Assembly (NCBI GenBank): GCA_965153285.1
Contig: OZ229110.1
Source of the DNA: Podarcis tiliguerta
Taxonomy: Eukaryota
Direction: 5' to 3' (one strand)
DNA length: 64,000 bases
Both the position numbers and the translations under genes were made by a program. Of this stretch, positions 49,782-61,149 are shown in pieces (positions within the stretch are counted from its first letter, which is position 1; each line of letters opens with the position of its first letter). The notes beneath the pieces were generated by a model. That model saw only the letters and a list, made by a program, of their open reading frames with translations, searched no databases and was not told the origin of the DNA.

Positions 49782-52700
49782 GTGTGTGTCAAAAATCTAA
49801 AATTTTATTACCAATTCTAAATTGAGTTTAATAATTTTTAGTGGATTACTTTAATTGTATAATTTGCCCATAGATGAAAGAACAGCATCTTAACATACCA
49901 CCTTGAGGTAACCACAATACAAAGGGTATATTGTTACATGAGAAAATAACATAGTAAACACCATCTAGGTGGGAAACTTTTGTTAGGCTGTAGAATGTCT
50001 TACACCTAAAACTTCGTATTTAATGGCACTGTCTGAATAAACACTAGTAATGCTCAAGGAATGGAAACCCTGGGTTATTTTTATCTTTACACTTTGCTGA
50101 TTATCCCTTGTTTCTCACTACCTCCGATGTATGCTGGGTGTGAATTTTTTGTTTGTCACAAATGAGGCATCATGTTTTCTGACCTGTCTTCTTCACTCTC
50201 CTTTACCTAGTAGTTTCTCCCCTTCTCACTAGATGGTGCACATCAAAAAGCAGAATGTTTGTAGTGTAGCAGCAGAGGGTGTCAATTTGTGTCGCCATGG
50301 AAAACTCTCTTGGTTACAGGTAAGAAGGAATATTTTATAAGCACTTAACATTGCTATTTGGAACCTTTGGGCTGAAACTTTTGATTTTTTGTTTCTTAAT
50401 CAGTGGTCTTCTTATAACCAAGAGATACCTAACAGGAACAAAGAATATGATGTATCTGGGGTCTTCAGTATAACTCCCCTTTTGCTTTATTGTGTTGTTA
50501 TGTAGCCCTTTGTTAACATACACAAATATATTCCTGGGGCCCTCTAGAGTCCTTTGGGACCTTCTAAGCCATGGGTAGGCAAACTAAGGCCCAATCGCCT
50601 TCTAAATCCGGCCCGCGGACGGTTCAGAAATCAGCGTGTTTTTACATGAGTGGAATGTGCCCTTTTATTTAAAATGCATCTCTGGGTTACTTGTGGGGCA
50701 TAGGAATTCGTTCATTTTTCCCCCCTTCCAAAATATAGTCTGCCCCCCCCCCAAGGTCTGAGGGACAGTGGACCAGCCCCCTGCTGAAAAAGTTTGCTGA
50801 CCCCTGTTCTAAGTGGTTCAGAAGAACAAACCCTCCAAGTAGATTTGTTTCCCCTACTGCTTGAAGGCAGGAATGCATTCTGGAAGGAAGGATTTTGGCT
50901 TTCTTCCTTTGAAGCGCCAGTTCTGTTCTTGCCTTCACTCAGAGCACATCATATGTATTCTATTTGTCTTCTCTTTTGTCTCAGGTGTGTGTGTTTGTTT
51001 GCGTTTGTGTGTGTGTGATTCTGTTAGGACAATAAGATTCATATTATGAAAATATTTTATTGCTAATATTTAAGTAAAACAGGTACGTATAATTTTTGTT
51101 TCTGTCCTGTATATTTATTATAGATTGCAACAAAGAGCAAGGTTTTCTTGTTTGACGTTTTCCTTCTGGGAGCTCGAGTGTTCAAGAATGGACTCCAAAT
51201 GATACTGGAAGATCAGAACATTTTGAAAGTAAGTATTTGTCTAGCACGGGGACGCGGGTGGCGCTGTGGGTAAAAGCCTCAGCGCCTAGGGCTTGCCGAT
51301 CGAAAGGTCGGTGGTTCAAATCCCCGCGGCGGGGTGTGCTCCCGTTGTTCGGTCCCAGCGCCTGCCAACCTAGCAGTTTGAAAGCACCCCCGGGTGCAAG
51401 TAGATAAATAGGGACCGCTTACTAGCGGGAAGGTAAACGGCGTTTCCGTGTGCGGCTCTGGCTTGCCAGAGCAGCGATGCCACGCTGGCCACGTGACCCG
51501 GAAGTGTCTCTGGACAGCGCTGGCCCCCGGCCTCTTAAGTGAGATGGGCGCACAACCCTAGAGTCTGTCAAGACTGGCCCGTACGGGGAGGGGTACCTTT
51601 ACCTTTACCTTTATTTGTCTAGCACAGGGCATCTGAGAACCTATGTAGAGAAAATGTGAAATAACGTAGACATGGCAACATCAAATTGCATTTATTTATA
51701 TATTACTTTTATCTCACCAACTACTACAGTACCTCTTCCTTATTTTCTTTAGGTTATCCATGACTGCCGGTGGCTTTCAGATTGTCTTTCTCACCAGTAT
51801 GGAGTTATGCTCTCCAATGTCTTTGATACACAGGTAGCTTGTTAGTTACTTGTTCTCTAACTAGATTTTTCAACACACTTCTCAGTGCTGCGTATCTATT
51901 GTTTGTTTTCATTACTTGTTATTACATTTTATATCTCACCTTTCCTCCAAGGAGCTAAAGTTGGCATATGTGCTTCTTCTCTCCCCCCCCACCCCCCGCT
52001 CCATTTTATTCTCCTCTGAGATGCAAATTGTTATATGATATTGAGTTTTTAATTACATTTTATCGTTTTATGGTGTAAATTGTCATCTTTCATAAACAAA
52101 TAAGTATAGCTGCAATCCTAACCCCACTTACCTAGGAGTAAGCCCCATTATATTCAGTAGGACTTATTTCTGAGTAGACATGGTAAAGAAATAAGTGGTT
52201 GGGACAGAAGAGCCACGGGTTCAATTCCCCGCTCCTCCACATGCAGCTGCTGGGTGACCTTGGGCTAGTCACACTTCTCTGAAGTCTCTCAGCCCCACTC
52301 ACCTCACAGAGTGTTTGTTGTGGGGGAGGAAGGGAGGAAGGGAAAGGAGATTGTTAGCCGCTTTGAGACTCCTTAGGGTAGTGATAAAGTGGGATATCAG
52401 ATCCAAACTCTTCTTCTTCATCATCATCATCTTCAAATTCATAAAGAAATATCTTACTTCAAGGGTGTTTGTCTTCAATTTCATGTGTACAATATTTCAC
52501 AGAATCCAGGGGAAAAAACTGAATTTGATAGATATCTGAAGTCTGCTTGATTAATTATATACTGCTATATCATAAGAAATATCAAAGCGGTTTACAATAA
52601 TATATGTAATAAAAACATGTTTTAAAAAATCAGCAATCAGTTAGCTATTATGGGAAGATGCTTTCTCAGTTGCCTGCATAAGCCTGACAGCAAAGAAAAG

Positions 52701-55700
52701 TTTTCTGCAGGCATTTAAAGGTTGAAACAAAAGACCCCTGCTGAATCTTCATTGGCAGAGCATTCCACAGGACTGGGCCAATGACATTAAAGGCTCGGGT
52801 TCTTGTTCCTGCCAGATGAACCTCGCCAACAACCCTCCTGGAGAAAGTCTCAGTGACCGATCTTGAATATAAGGGTTTAGGCAGTTGATGTTCTGTAGAG
52901 TTAGTATGCCGTTAGCCAGTAAAGTGTGGGCATGACATACTGATCCCTCGGCTTCCTTTCATAGGTTGCTGATGTCTTGCAGTTCTCAGTGGAAACAGGT
53001 GGCTTCCTTCCTCACCGTATCAGCTCTCTACAAGACTGCTTAATGCGATACTTGGGGATGCCCTACAGATGCATCTCTTTCATGGACCAAAGGCAGCGTG
53101 TGATTGAGGTAAGAGGGATGGAGCCATCCCATCCTTTTCTGGAAAATCTGTTCTGGTGTAGCCAGAATATATGTTATTAGCTATGATTATGGTCCTTTAG
53201 ATGCTACTTTTATGGCAGTTATGCAAACCTTGTCAAAGAGAGGGTATACTCCGTATTTGTTCATTAGTTTGGTTGCCGGCACAGGACAAGGTACTGCAAA
53301 CAGTAGAATAGTAGAATCATAAAATTGTAGAAAATCATAGAATCATAGAGTTGGAAGAGACCACAAGGGCCATCGAGTCCAACCCCCTGCCAAGCAGGAA
53401 ACACCATCAGAGCACTCCTGACATATGGTTGTCAAGCCTCTGCTTAAAGACCTCCAAAGAAGGAGACTCCACCACACTCCTTGGCAGCAAATTCCACTGT
53501 CGAACAGCTCTTACTGTCAGGAAGTTCTTCCTAATGTTTAGGTGGAATCTTCTTTCTTGTAGTTTGGATCCATTGCTCCGTGTCCGCCTCTCTGGAGCAG
53601 CAGAAAACAACCTTTCTCCCTCCTCTATGTGACATCCTTTTATATATTTGAACATGGCTATCATATCACCCCTTAACCTCCTCTTCTCCAGGCTAAACAT
53701 GCCCAGCTCCCTTAGCCGTTCCTCATAAGGCATCATTTCCAGGCCTTTGACCATTTTGGTTGCCCTCCTCTGGACACGTTACAGTTTGTCAGTGTCCTTC
53801 TTGAACTGTGGTGCCCAGAACTGGACACAGTACTCCAGGTGAGGTCTGACCAGAGTTGGAAGGGTCTCTCAGGGTCATCTAGTCCAACCCCCTACAGTGC
53901 AGGAATATCATCTAAAGTAAACCTGACAAATGGCTATCCAACCTCTGCTTAAAAACCTCCAAGGAAGGGAAGTCCACTTTCCGAGGGAGTCCATTCCACT
54001 GTCAGACAGCTCTTACTGTCAGAAAGTTATTGATGTTTAGTTGGAGTCTCCTTTCTTGTAACTTCATAGAATCACTGGGTCCAGGGGGCATTCACTGGTG
54101 AGTTCTTAAAATAACGCAAATGTGAAATAGTTGTTCTTATAAAAAGTAACTTGCCCCCAGTATCAGTACTAGAGGCCTGGAAAATGGCCAACGATACATC
54201 CGCTATTAAAAAGGAATCTGGGAAATTACATGCCAGATAGCTTAACATCTTTTCCAGGTAAATTGGTGAAAAGCATTCCTAAGGAAAAAAGTAACAACTG
54301 TATAAGACTCTTGCTTAAGTAGAATTAACACAGTTTCTGCAAAGACAAATCTTTCTTCTAAGCAAACTTAAAAGCCATGGATTAAGAGTTCTCTTATGGA
54401 CCCACTAGCTCAGGAGTCAGCAAACATTTTCAGCAGAGGGCCTGTCCACTGTCCCTCAGACCTTGTGAGTATATTCTGAAAAAAAATAATGAACGAATTC
54501 CTATGCCCCACAAATAACTGAGATGTATTTTAAATAAAAGCACACATTCTACTCATGTAAAAACACGCTGATTCCCGGACCATCCACGGGCCGGATTTAG
54601 AAGGCGATCCGGATCCGGCCCTTGGGCCTTAGTTGCCTAACCCATGCACTAGCTGGTTAAATGACAGGAAGCAGAGAATACAAATAAATTGATTGTTCTC
54701 ATAATGGAGAGATGTGAGAAGTGGGGTTCCCAAGGGTCGGTATTGTGATCTGTGCATACTATCCAACTAAGTCTTACTTGGAGTAGTCAGTGGGTTTAAG
54801 CAACTTAAGATCTCTCTGTTTTTAGGAGGAATAAAAGCCCATTTTTCTACGTAGGGCAGGAGATGGTTCTGAAAACACTTGGAATGCAAAGGTGTTATCA
54901 AGGAGTCCAGAAGCAAGTAGTTCTCTATAAACATGTTCTTGGGAGGAAAAGGGGTACAGGGAAAGCCTAGGGAAATCTCAGGAGTGGAAGGAAGATGAAG
55001 GTCTAAGAAGGGAATATTATAGAAAGAGTAAACAGGTAAAGGATAGAAGCAATGGGGAAACAAGAAACCAAAGTTCACAAATGGCTAATAGAGGCTTGGT
55101 ATGAAAGATGCAAGATTCTATCGGGTGCAGAATACTAGGTATTTGTGTGTTCTTACCTGGGAGTTCGTCTTACTGAATTTATTAGCGATTACATCTGAGT
55201 AAACTTGCATAATTTATTTATTTTTAAATCTGATATTGCTAATATGAATCATGTTTGTTTAGTGTGGTTATAATACTTAGCATTTATATAGTATATATGA
55301 CCAATCCTCAATACTGTCTTGGTAATTCTGTAAAGTAGGCCGGTATTCTCATACAGGAGATGGAGGGCTGCAGCTGAGAGTAAATTGCTAACCTAAAGTC
55401 ACGTGGTGAGTTCATAGGAGACGCAAAATTCAGCCCAGTGCTTCCTGATGCACAGCCAGGCATGTCCAAAGTCTGTATTTGCGGCCTAATCTGGCCCGCT
55501 GGTTGGTTTAATCTGGCCCTTGCGGCACTTTATCTCCTAAAAAAAGCTCAACAATTCTGGTTGGCCCTCACGCATGTTCACTTCATCAAATCTGGCCCTC
55601 TTTAAAAAAAGTTTGGGCACCCCTGAGAAAGTCTAAGCCAATAAGTTATACCAGCAATTGCATTTTGAACTCCAGTTTGGGAAGTCTTAGTATTACTATT

Positions 55701-57978
55701 TTTTTTCATTTTACATTTGGGGTATGTAGGAAAACCCTGAGATATGGTTTGTGCGACCCCTTCCACCTGCATTGCTGAAAGTGTTGGCTCTGGAGGCAGC
55801 ATACCTCCTCCCTCTCCGCATGTTGCTACTCGATGAAATCATGTCTGACTTAACAACTTTGGTGGATGGATATCTAAATGCCTTTCGGGAAGGATCTGCA
55901 GATCCACTGGGGAGCACAGAGGTAAGTGAAACTTCAATAACTTTCAACTGCCTTATTGCTGCCAGTCTTGTTTTTAGATTTCAGAACTGCACATTACTGA
56001 GGTTTGATACTTGTTTGTTTGTTTGAATCCTGTTCTGCTTTCATTTTCCAGGAGATTCCAAAGCAATTCACATTATAAATCACAAAAAATTAATTGGAAT
56101 TGTTTGTAACACCATCATAACTAAATGCAACAGGAACCAGCGCTAGTCAGAGAACGCCTGAGTGAAGAGTGTTTAGTTCAGGGGTTGGCAATTTTTGTGT
56201 GGCTTGGGCTGGTTCACGGTCCCACAGACGCCACGGTGGGCCAGAGTGTGTGCACGCACGCATGCGCAAACACTATTTCTGACGCTCCTTCTGGCACACA
56301 GGTATGCGCAGCTTCCCATTGGCTGCAGGAGCCAGCCAATGGGAAGCCGGCCAGCGTTGTGGAAGGTGGTCCCCACTCTGCTCAGTGCCGGGAGCTGGCC
56401 GAGTGGGTGGCAGGAGTCCCCAGGCAGGTGGCGGGGGGGCCATGAGCCAGTTAAACGACCCCCATGGGCCGCTTGTGGCCCATGGGTCTTAGGTTTCCGA
56501 CCCCTGGTTTAGTTGATGCTAGTGAAACCACCCATCATTGGTGCCTGCCTAGCCTCAGTGGGAAGAGCAATCCAAACCCAGTCAGATAACCTCAGTGTTG
56601 TCTACACTGACTGGCAGTGGTTTTCCAGGCATTCAAGCAGGAATCTTTTCTAGCCTTACCTGGAGATCCCAGGTATTGAAGATGTGACTTTTTGCATGCA
56701 AAGCCAATGCTCTTATCACTCAGGCACACCTCTTCCAATACCAGATCCTTAGTATTACGTTTGATTGTCTTATATCTCCTGCCAGTCCTCTTCATATGGA
56801 AAATGGGTATTTAAAGGACTTACCTGAGGAATGTGACCACAAAGAGCCAACACACACACCCTGCCCAGAGGGGAGCGAGCCTTGAAAAAGTTGAGCTGGT
56901 TCTCCTCCCAACGTCAGGGGACCCAGTTCCCTTCATCACAGTGGGTACCATGCAAGAGTAAATATTACTTGCAAAAATAAGAGTGAAATGCTAACACACA
57001 CACATCCAATAGTGTTGGGGTTAGGAGGATGCAGTGTTTGTGTCAGCTGAGAGGCACATCATTGGCGATGGTAGGGATTTATCACAACAGAGGCATCAGT
57101 AAGTGCCTGCCAGTGTTAGGCAGCAGATAGCCATTTAAATGGGTTGCTTCAGGGTGGGGATTTTCAGGCCCCTCATTGGCAGGGATCTAACACAGCTGTA
57201 TTGAGCCTTTCAGTGTTTTAGCTCCATCTGTAGATTTAACTATTCTTGAAACAGCAATAAAAAGTATATTACAGTTCTGATCTACATGCATGCGATTTTT
57301 AATTAGATGTCCTGTATGGAGCTACCACAAGAGCTTAGACAACTGGCAGATTTTTACAAGGAACGAAGAAAGAGGGCAATGCAGAACTTCCAGCTGAATG
57401 AGGAAGGTCTCCTCATCAGAAAGCAATTAGAAACTATGGGAAGAAGGGTAGCAAAAGCGAAAGAAAACCAGAGAGAGAGTACTGGCTTAGTTCTTTCTAG
57501 TAGGGCAGTATCCCCTAAAACTACCAGTCCTCTCCACCTCTTGGGTCAAGATGATCAGGACAACTCTGAAAAAGAAGACTGGCAGGCAAATAATTGTAAT
57601 AATCAATGGGCAACAGTTGGTGCGAGTAATGTTGAATCTGAAGCAGAAGCAAGACGTCCCGTTTGCTGTAAATCAGTAGTGGGAGCATCTGAGGTGAAAG
57701 GAAGAAAACCATCTCCAGCGTTCAGACCGCAAACAAAGGTAGATTTGACTTTAGAAGAGGAAATAAAGGAATTGTTGACAGAAGGCAAGAATGAAGACAA
57801 CAAATCTGTTTCTGCCCTTTCACCTCCAAAAGCAAACAATTCTAGGATCCCATTTCAAGCTGTAAAGCAATCTAGCCAAACTCTGTCTAATGCTGCCATG
57901 AGTAGAAATCCCTCTTCTCAAACAACTCGTGATTACTGTCTCCAGGTTCCCACAAGACAGAAGAATAGGGGGAAGTGA
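38570..57978 (+). CDS. EXD1: piRNA biogenesis protein EXD1 (LSm-like N-terminus plus inactive DEDD exonuclease domain), 579 aa. Exons 38570-38702, 44061-44129, 46718-46775, 47714-47844, 48705-48772, 50233-50319, 51124-51228, 51753-51833, 52965-53108, 55730-55921, 57307-57978
   Basis: Spliced translation [35 protein letters not shown]...[15 protein letters not shown]...[38 protein letters not shown]...[18 protein letters not shown]...FDTQVAD...EIWFVRPLP...[15 protein letters not shown]...CMELPQEL. Total 1740 nt, phases consistent, GT-AG introns, head-to-head with CHP1 as in mammals. Confidence 0.95.
39325..39676 (-). mobile_element. Sauria SINE (older subfamily)
   Basis: Reverse-complement tail aaaggtaaagg and head cacagcgccacgtccc. 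Confidence 0.85.
39751..39898 (+). mobile_element. 5'-truncated young Sauria SINE
   Basis: 3' half closely matches 19133-19494; perfect 15-bp TSD TAAGCCCCACTGAGG (39736-39750 / 39899-39913). Confidence 0.92.
40394..41483 (-). mobile_element. L2/CR1-group LINE 3' fragment (degenerate reverse transcriptase)
   Basis: YADDTQLY motif in ORF 41081-41740; LNPSKTE...[11 protein letters not shown]...LQRVQNA...LHWLPV in ORF 40687-41319, frameshifted; (ATT)n tail. Confidence 0.9.
41524..41894 (+). mobile_element. Sauria SINE (older subfamily), followed by three imperfect ~25-30 bp tandem copies (41894-41963)
   Basis: Head ggatgcgggtggtgctgtgg, conserved core aacctagcagtttgaaagcac, tail ggggtccttta. 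Confidence 0.85.
44061..44129 (+). CDS. EXD1: EXD1 coding exon 2
   Basis: [23 protein letters not shown]. Confidence 0.95.
45075..45432. mobile_element. Tc1/mariner MITE, same family as 5522-5877
   Basis: Same TIRs and internal sequence; TA duplication. Confidence 0.9.
46718..46775 (+). CDS. EXD1: EXD1 coding exon 3
   Basis: [19 protein letters not shown]; ttttcag acceptor, gtacgt donor. Confidence 0.88.
47714..47844 (+). CDS. EXD1: EXD1 coding exon 4 (poorly conserved linker)
   Basis: [17 protein letters not shown]...[11 protein letters not shown]; the phase fits both neighbouring exons. Confidence 0.75.
48705..48772 (+). CDS. EXD1: EXD1 coding exon 5
   Basis: [23 protein letters not shown]; gtgagt donor. 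Confidence 0.92.
49725..49789. repeat. Compound (GT)n(GA)n microsatellite
   Basis: Read directly from the sequence. Confidence 0.95.
50233..50319 (+). CDS. EXD1: EXD1 coding exon 6
   Basis: [29 protein letters not shown]. Confidence 0.96.
50570..50806. mobile_element. hAT-like MITE
   Basis: 8-bp TSD ttctaagc/ttctaagt; TIRs catgggtaggcaaac / gtttgctgacccctg. Confidence 0.85.
51124..51228 (+). CDS. EXD1: EXD1 coding exon 7
   Basis: [35 protein letters not shown]. Confidence 0.96.
51248..51611 (+). mobile_element. Sauria SINE, full length, young
   Basis: Perfect 14-bp TSD TATTTGTCTAGCAC (51234-51247 / 51612-51625); closely matches 19133-19494. Confidence 0.94.
51753..51833 (+). CDS. EXD1: EXD1 coding exon 8
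   Basis: [27 protein letters not shown]. Confidence 0.96.
52195..52420 (+). mobile_element. Squam3-like tRNA SINE
   Basis: B box gggttcaattccc, core tgggtgaccttgggctagtcac, L2-like 3' end, (CTT)n tail. Confidence 0.7.
52965..53108 (+). CDS. EXD1: EXD1 coding exon 9
   Basis: [48 protein letters not shown]. Confidence 0.96.
53303..54064 (-). mobile_element. CR1 LINE 3' ends (two adjacent fragments, ~53303-53852 and ~53853-54064)
   Basis: (ATTCTATG)n tail; ORF 53407-53754 [23 protein letters not shown]...VRQWNLLP is typical of the CR1 ORF2 C-terminus. Confidence 0.93.
54411..54646. mobile_element. hAT-like MITE, inverted relative to 50570-50806
   Basis: Perfect 8-bp TSD CACTAGCT (54403-54410 / 54647-54654). 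Confidence 0.88.
55730..55921 (+). CDS. EXD1: EXD1 coding exon 10
   Basis: [64 protein letters not shown]. Confidence 0.96.
56179..56506. mobile_element. hAT-like MITE
   Basis: TIRs caggggttggcaa / ttccgacccctg; perfect 8-bp TSD GTTTAGTT. Confidence 0.85.
57307..57978 (+). CDS. EXD1: EXD1 last coding exon
   Basis: ttttaattag acceptor, phase 0, [38 protein letters not shown], then a low-complexity tail to TGA. Confidence 0.92.
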   Translation: MSCMELPQELRQLADFYKERRKRAMQNFQLNEEGLLIRKQLETMGRRVAKAKENQRESTGLVLSSRAVSPKTTSPLHLLGQDDQDNSEKEDWQANNCNNQWATVGASNVESEAEARRPVCCKSVVGASEVKGRKPSPAFRPQTKVDLTLEEEIKELLTEGKNEDNKSVSALSPPKANNSRIPFQAVKQSSQTLSNAAMSRNPSSQTTRDYCLQVPTRQKNRGK

Positions 57979-58687
57979 TTTGGCAGTTCACTTTGTCTTG
58001 CCTTGGGGCTGCCAGCCCCAAGCCCTGGAGGCAAGCAGCAGAAATCGTTTCCTTTTCAAATTTGTTATTGGAAGACTTCCATTAATGGAGCAAATTCTGG
58101 AGGCAGCTGGACACAATACCCTTCATGTTGTATGGCAGTTTCCTGCTCCTATAAACAAAATTGATGTTACTGGTGTTAATTCTACCACTGTAGTCTTGAG
58201 TCCAGTATTTTTCCAGATTATTCCAAAGAACCATTGATTTTCATTCTATTTGAATGTTCCAATTATCCAACTAAACCTAAAGTTCATGTGTGTGCTTCCT
58301 GTATTGTTAACTTCATGACAAAGGGGGAAGGAGTCCCCAACCCTTTCATGATGATTTCAAAAAAAACCAAACCACCCAACAACATAGAAACACAAATCAT
58401 CTGCAGAATTGTTAGCTGTTCCCCACTGCTCCCCAATACAGTATTTGCAGTAATATCTTTGGAACAGGTTTTCCATTCTGGATCGCAAAATTCTCCCTGG
58501 AGCAATATAGAAAGTTATTTATTGCACCAGGTACCCATAAATAATAGCATTATTTGTGCAACATAGTCTACAAAGGGAACAGCAAACATTTTTAAGCAGC
58601 TCAATCATACCCATGTTTACTCCGAAGTTCAATTATCAATTGGACATGTGATGCAGTACTGTATAACTGTGTTCTAGGTTTCAAAAG

Positions 58688-58972
58688 GTTGTTGTTGTTG
58701 TTGTTCAGTCGTTTAGTTGTGTCCGACTCTTCGTGACCCCATGGACCAGAGCACGTCAGGCACTCCTGTCTTCCACTGCTTCCACAGTTTGGTCAAACTC
58801 ATGCTGGTAGCTTCAAGAACACTGTCCAACCATCTCGTCCTCTGTCGTCCCCTTCTCCTAGTGCCCTCCATCTTTCCCAACATCAGGGTCTTTTCCAGGG
58901 AGTCTTCTCTTCTCATGAGGTGGCCAAAGTATTGGAGCCTCAGCTTCACGATCTGTCCTTCCAGTGAGCACT
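58688..58972 (-). mobile_element. RTE-BovB LINE 3' fragment
   Basis: ORF KLRLQYFGHLMRREDSLEKTLMLGKMEGTRRRGRQRTRWLDSV; BovB-type 3' end gagtcggacac and (CAA)n tail. Confidence 0.92.
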
Positions 58973-59555
58973 CATCACGATCTGTCCTGGCTTCCTTTTT
59001 TTTGTGGGGAAAACAATTACATGGTAAAAGGCCTTTAGCTGGGCAGCATTACAGCAGCGGAACTGCAAGGAAAAGATCCTAAGCATGCTTAATTAAAAAT
59101 AGGTATGAGTTGTTCATTTTCAAAATAGAAGGGCAAAGCTGTATATTGTTTGTTGGAATTTGAACAGATGTTTCTTAAAATGCAAGTGTGTACATTTCAG
59201 ATATAAACCTAATATGCTGGGTTTTTTGGTAGATGGTTTTCCCAAGAAAACTCTTCACAAGGCAGTTAGAATGTTTTTCTCTAAAATAAAAGTCGTGTTT
59301 CTTCTTTGTGGTCTTTTTGCATTCACGTATATAGGTCCTGTATCTGCACAGAGCAACATCTTTTAGAGCTTCAAAATGGAATCCAGCAATCATCCTTCAA
59401 ACAGGTGGCCCCTGCACTGTATACAGGCCTTGAGGAATAGGCAACCAACTTAGCACCACCCCATTCACTTTCATGCACTACAGAATTAATGTTTTGCAGC
59501 TTTCCTCAACATTTTTTATTCTAATTTGCTGGACGTACCTGTTACGTTATATATA

Positions 59556-59786
59556 CAGTGGTACCTCAGGTTAAGAATTTAATTCGTTCTGGAGGTCTCT
59601 TCTTAACCTGAAACTGTTCTTAACCTGAAGCACCACTTTAGCTAATGTGGCCTCCTGCTGCCGCTGCATAATTTCTGTTCTCATCCTGAAGCAAAGTTCT
59701 TAACCCGATGTAATATTTCTGGGTTAGCGGAGTCTGTAACCTGAAGCGTATGTAACCTGAAGCATATGTAACCGGAGGTACCACTA
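59556..59786. mobile_element. Tc1/mariner MITE, same family as 13800-14025
   Basis: Same TIRs and body, opposite orientation. Confidence 0.85.
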
Positions 59787-61149
59787 TACTAAGTCCCCCC
59801 CCCCCGCCCGATGGATTTGGACACTGCGGCCTAGATTACCCCTTTAGCTGCCTGAAAATACAATTCCTCAGATATAAGTAGAATAACAACTTAAAAGGAG
59901 CCCTGCTGAATCAGACTAAAGGTCTATTTAGCCTACCATCCTATTTTTCCACATACTTACTGGTCTATTTCTCTACTATTGAGAGCAAAAGCTTCCTTCT
60001 CCCATTCACGGGTGGCTGGTGTCCACTAGACTTGGTGGGGCAATTAAGAAGTCTTAAGGTGTGTGGCCAAGTTCTTCCCCCTACATTATACTGTGGACAC
60101 TTTAGGAATTGCTGTTCTATAGATAGCACCTAACTAAATGGAAAAAATAGCCTAGTTTTAAGAAGGGTTTCCTGCTCTCCCAAACACTTCTTCTGGGGGG
60201 GAAAGTTCTGTGGCCACTTGAACACTGCAATTGTATTAATACCTGGCACCTAAGTGTCTCATTATGGCTCAGAAGGGGTGGATTCATACAACAAATACTA
60301 GACTACTCAGAACTAAGCCCCACTGAATTCCATGTGGATCACTCCCTGGTATGAACAGGATTGCAGCCTGGTTAGACTTAAAAGGTGTCACACGGGACTG
60401 TTAACAAGGAAAGAAAAGGATTCCATAACTTTCCAGACCTACTGGAAAAGATTATGCCCCTGGCTCAGTGTATTCATTTCTACATCTTTCCCTCCAGAAC
60501 GCTGAATAAAGTGCAGGGATATTTCATGGACTAGGACCTGCGTTAAAATCACCACTCAGCCATAAAACTTACTGTGACCTTTGAGCAGTCTCAGCATAAC
60601 CAGCTATTCTCTGGTACCTGGTATTCAGTAGCAGCTTATAGTCATCACAACTAGGAATAGTCAGATCTACGGATGAGGTTAATCTGCTCTTTCAAGTTGG
60701 TGTCCATCTTTCCAGTTGTAAATGCAGCACGAAAAAACTTAAATTTTGTCTAAAATGTGTCCTTAGGTTTTAGAGATATAAGTAGGAAAGTCCTGGCCAG
60801 ATATATATACATGCACACATACAGTGTTACATATAATTTATATCCTTTTACCAAAAGAAATACATTGCAAGAACAAAATACACTGCAGCACCTTAGAGCT
60901 ATCACAATTTTCCTTGCAAGGCAGTTACAAAAATAGCTCAATTATTTTCCACAGTGGCAAACCTTTTACAGTAATACTGAAGTGGTAAGACAAGAAATGT
61001 GCGGGGGGTGGGGAGGTGAATTGAAAGAGAAATTGATACCAGGTTATATCAAATTAATGCACGGGGCATTTGATTAAAGGGATCCAGTTCTCAATTTTAT
61101 TTCATTCACTGTAAGAGATTTATGTGCCGTCTTTCGGGCTTTAATAAAA

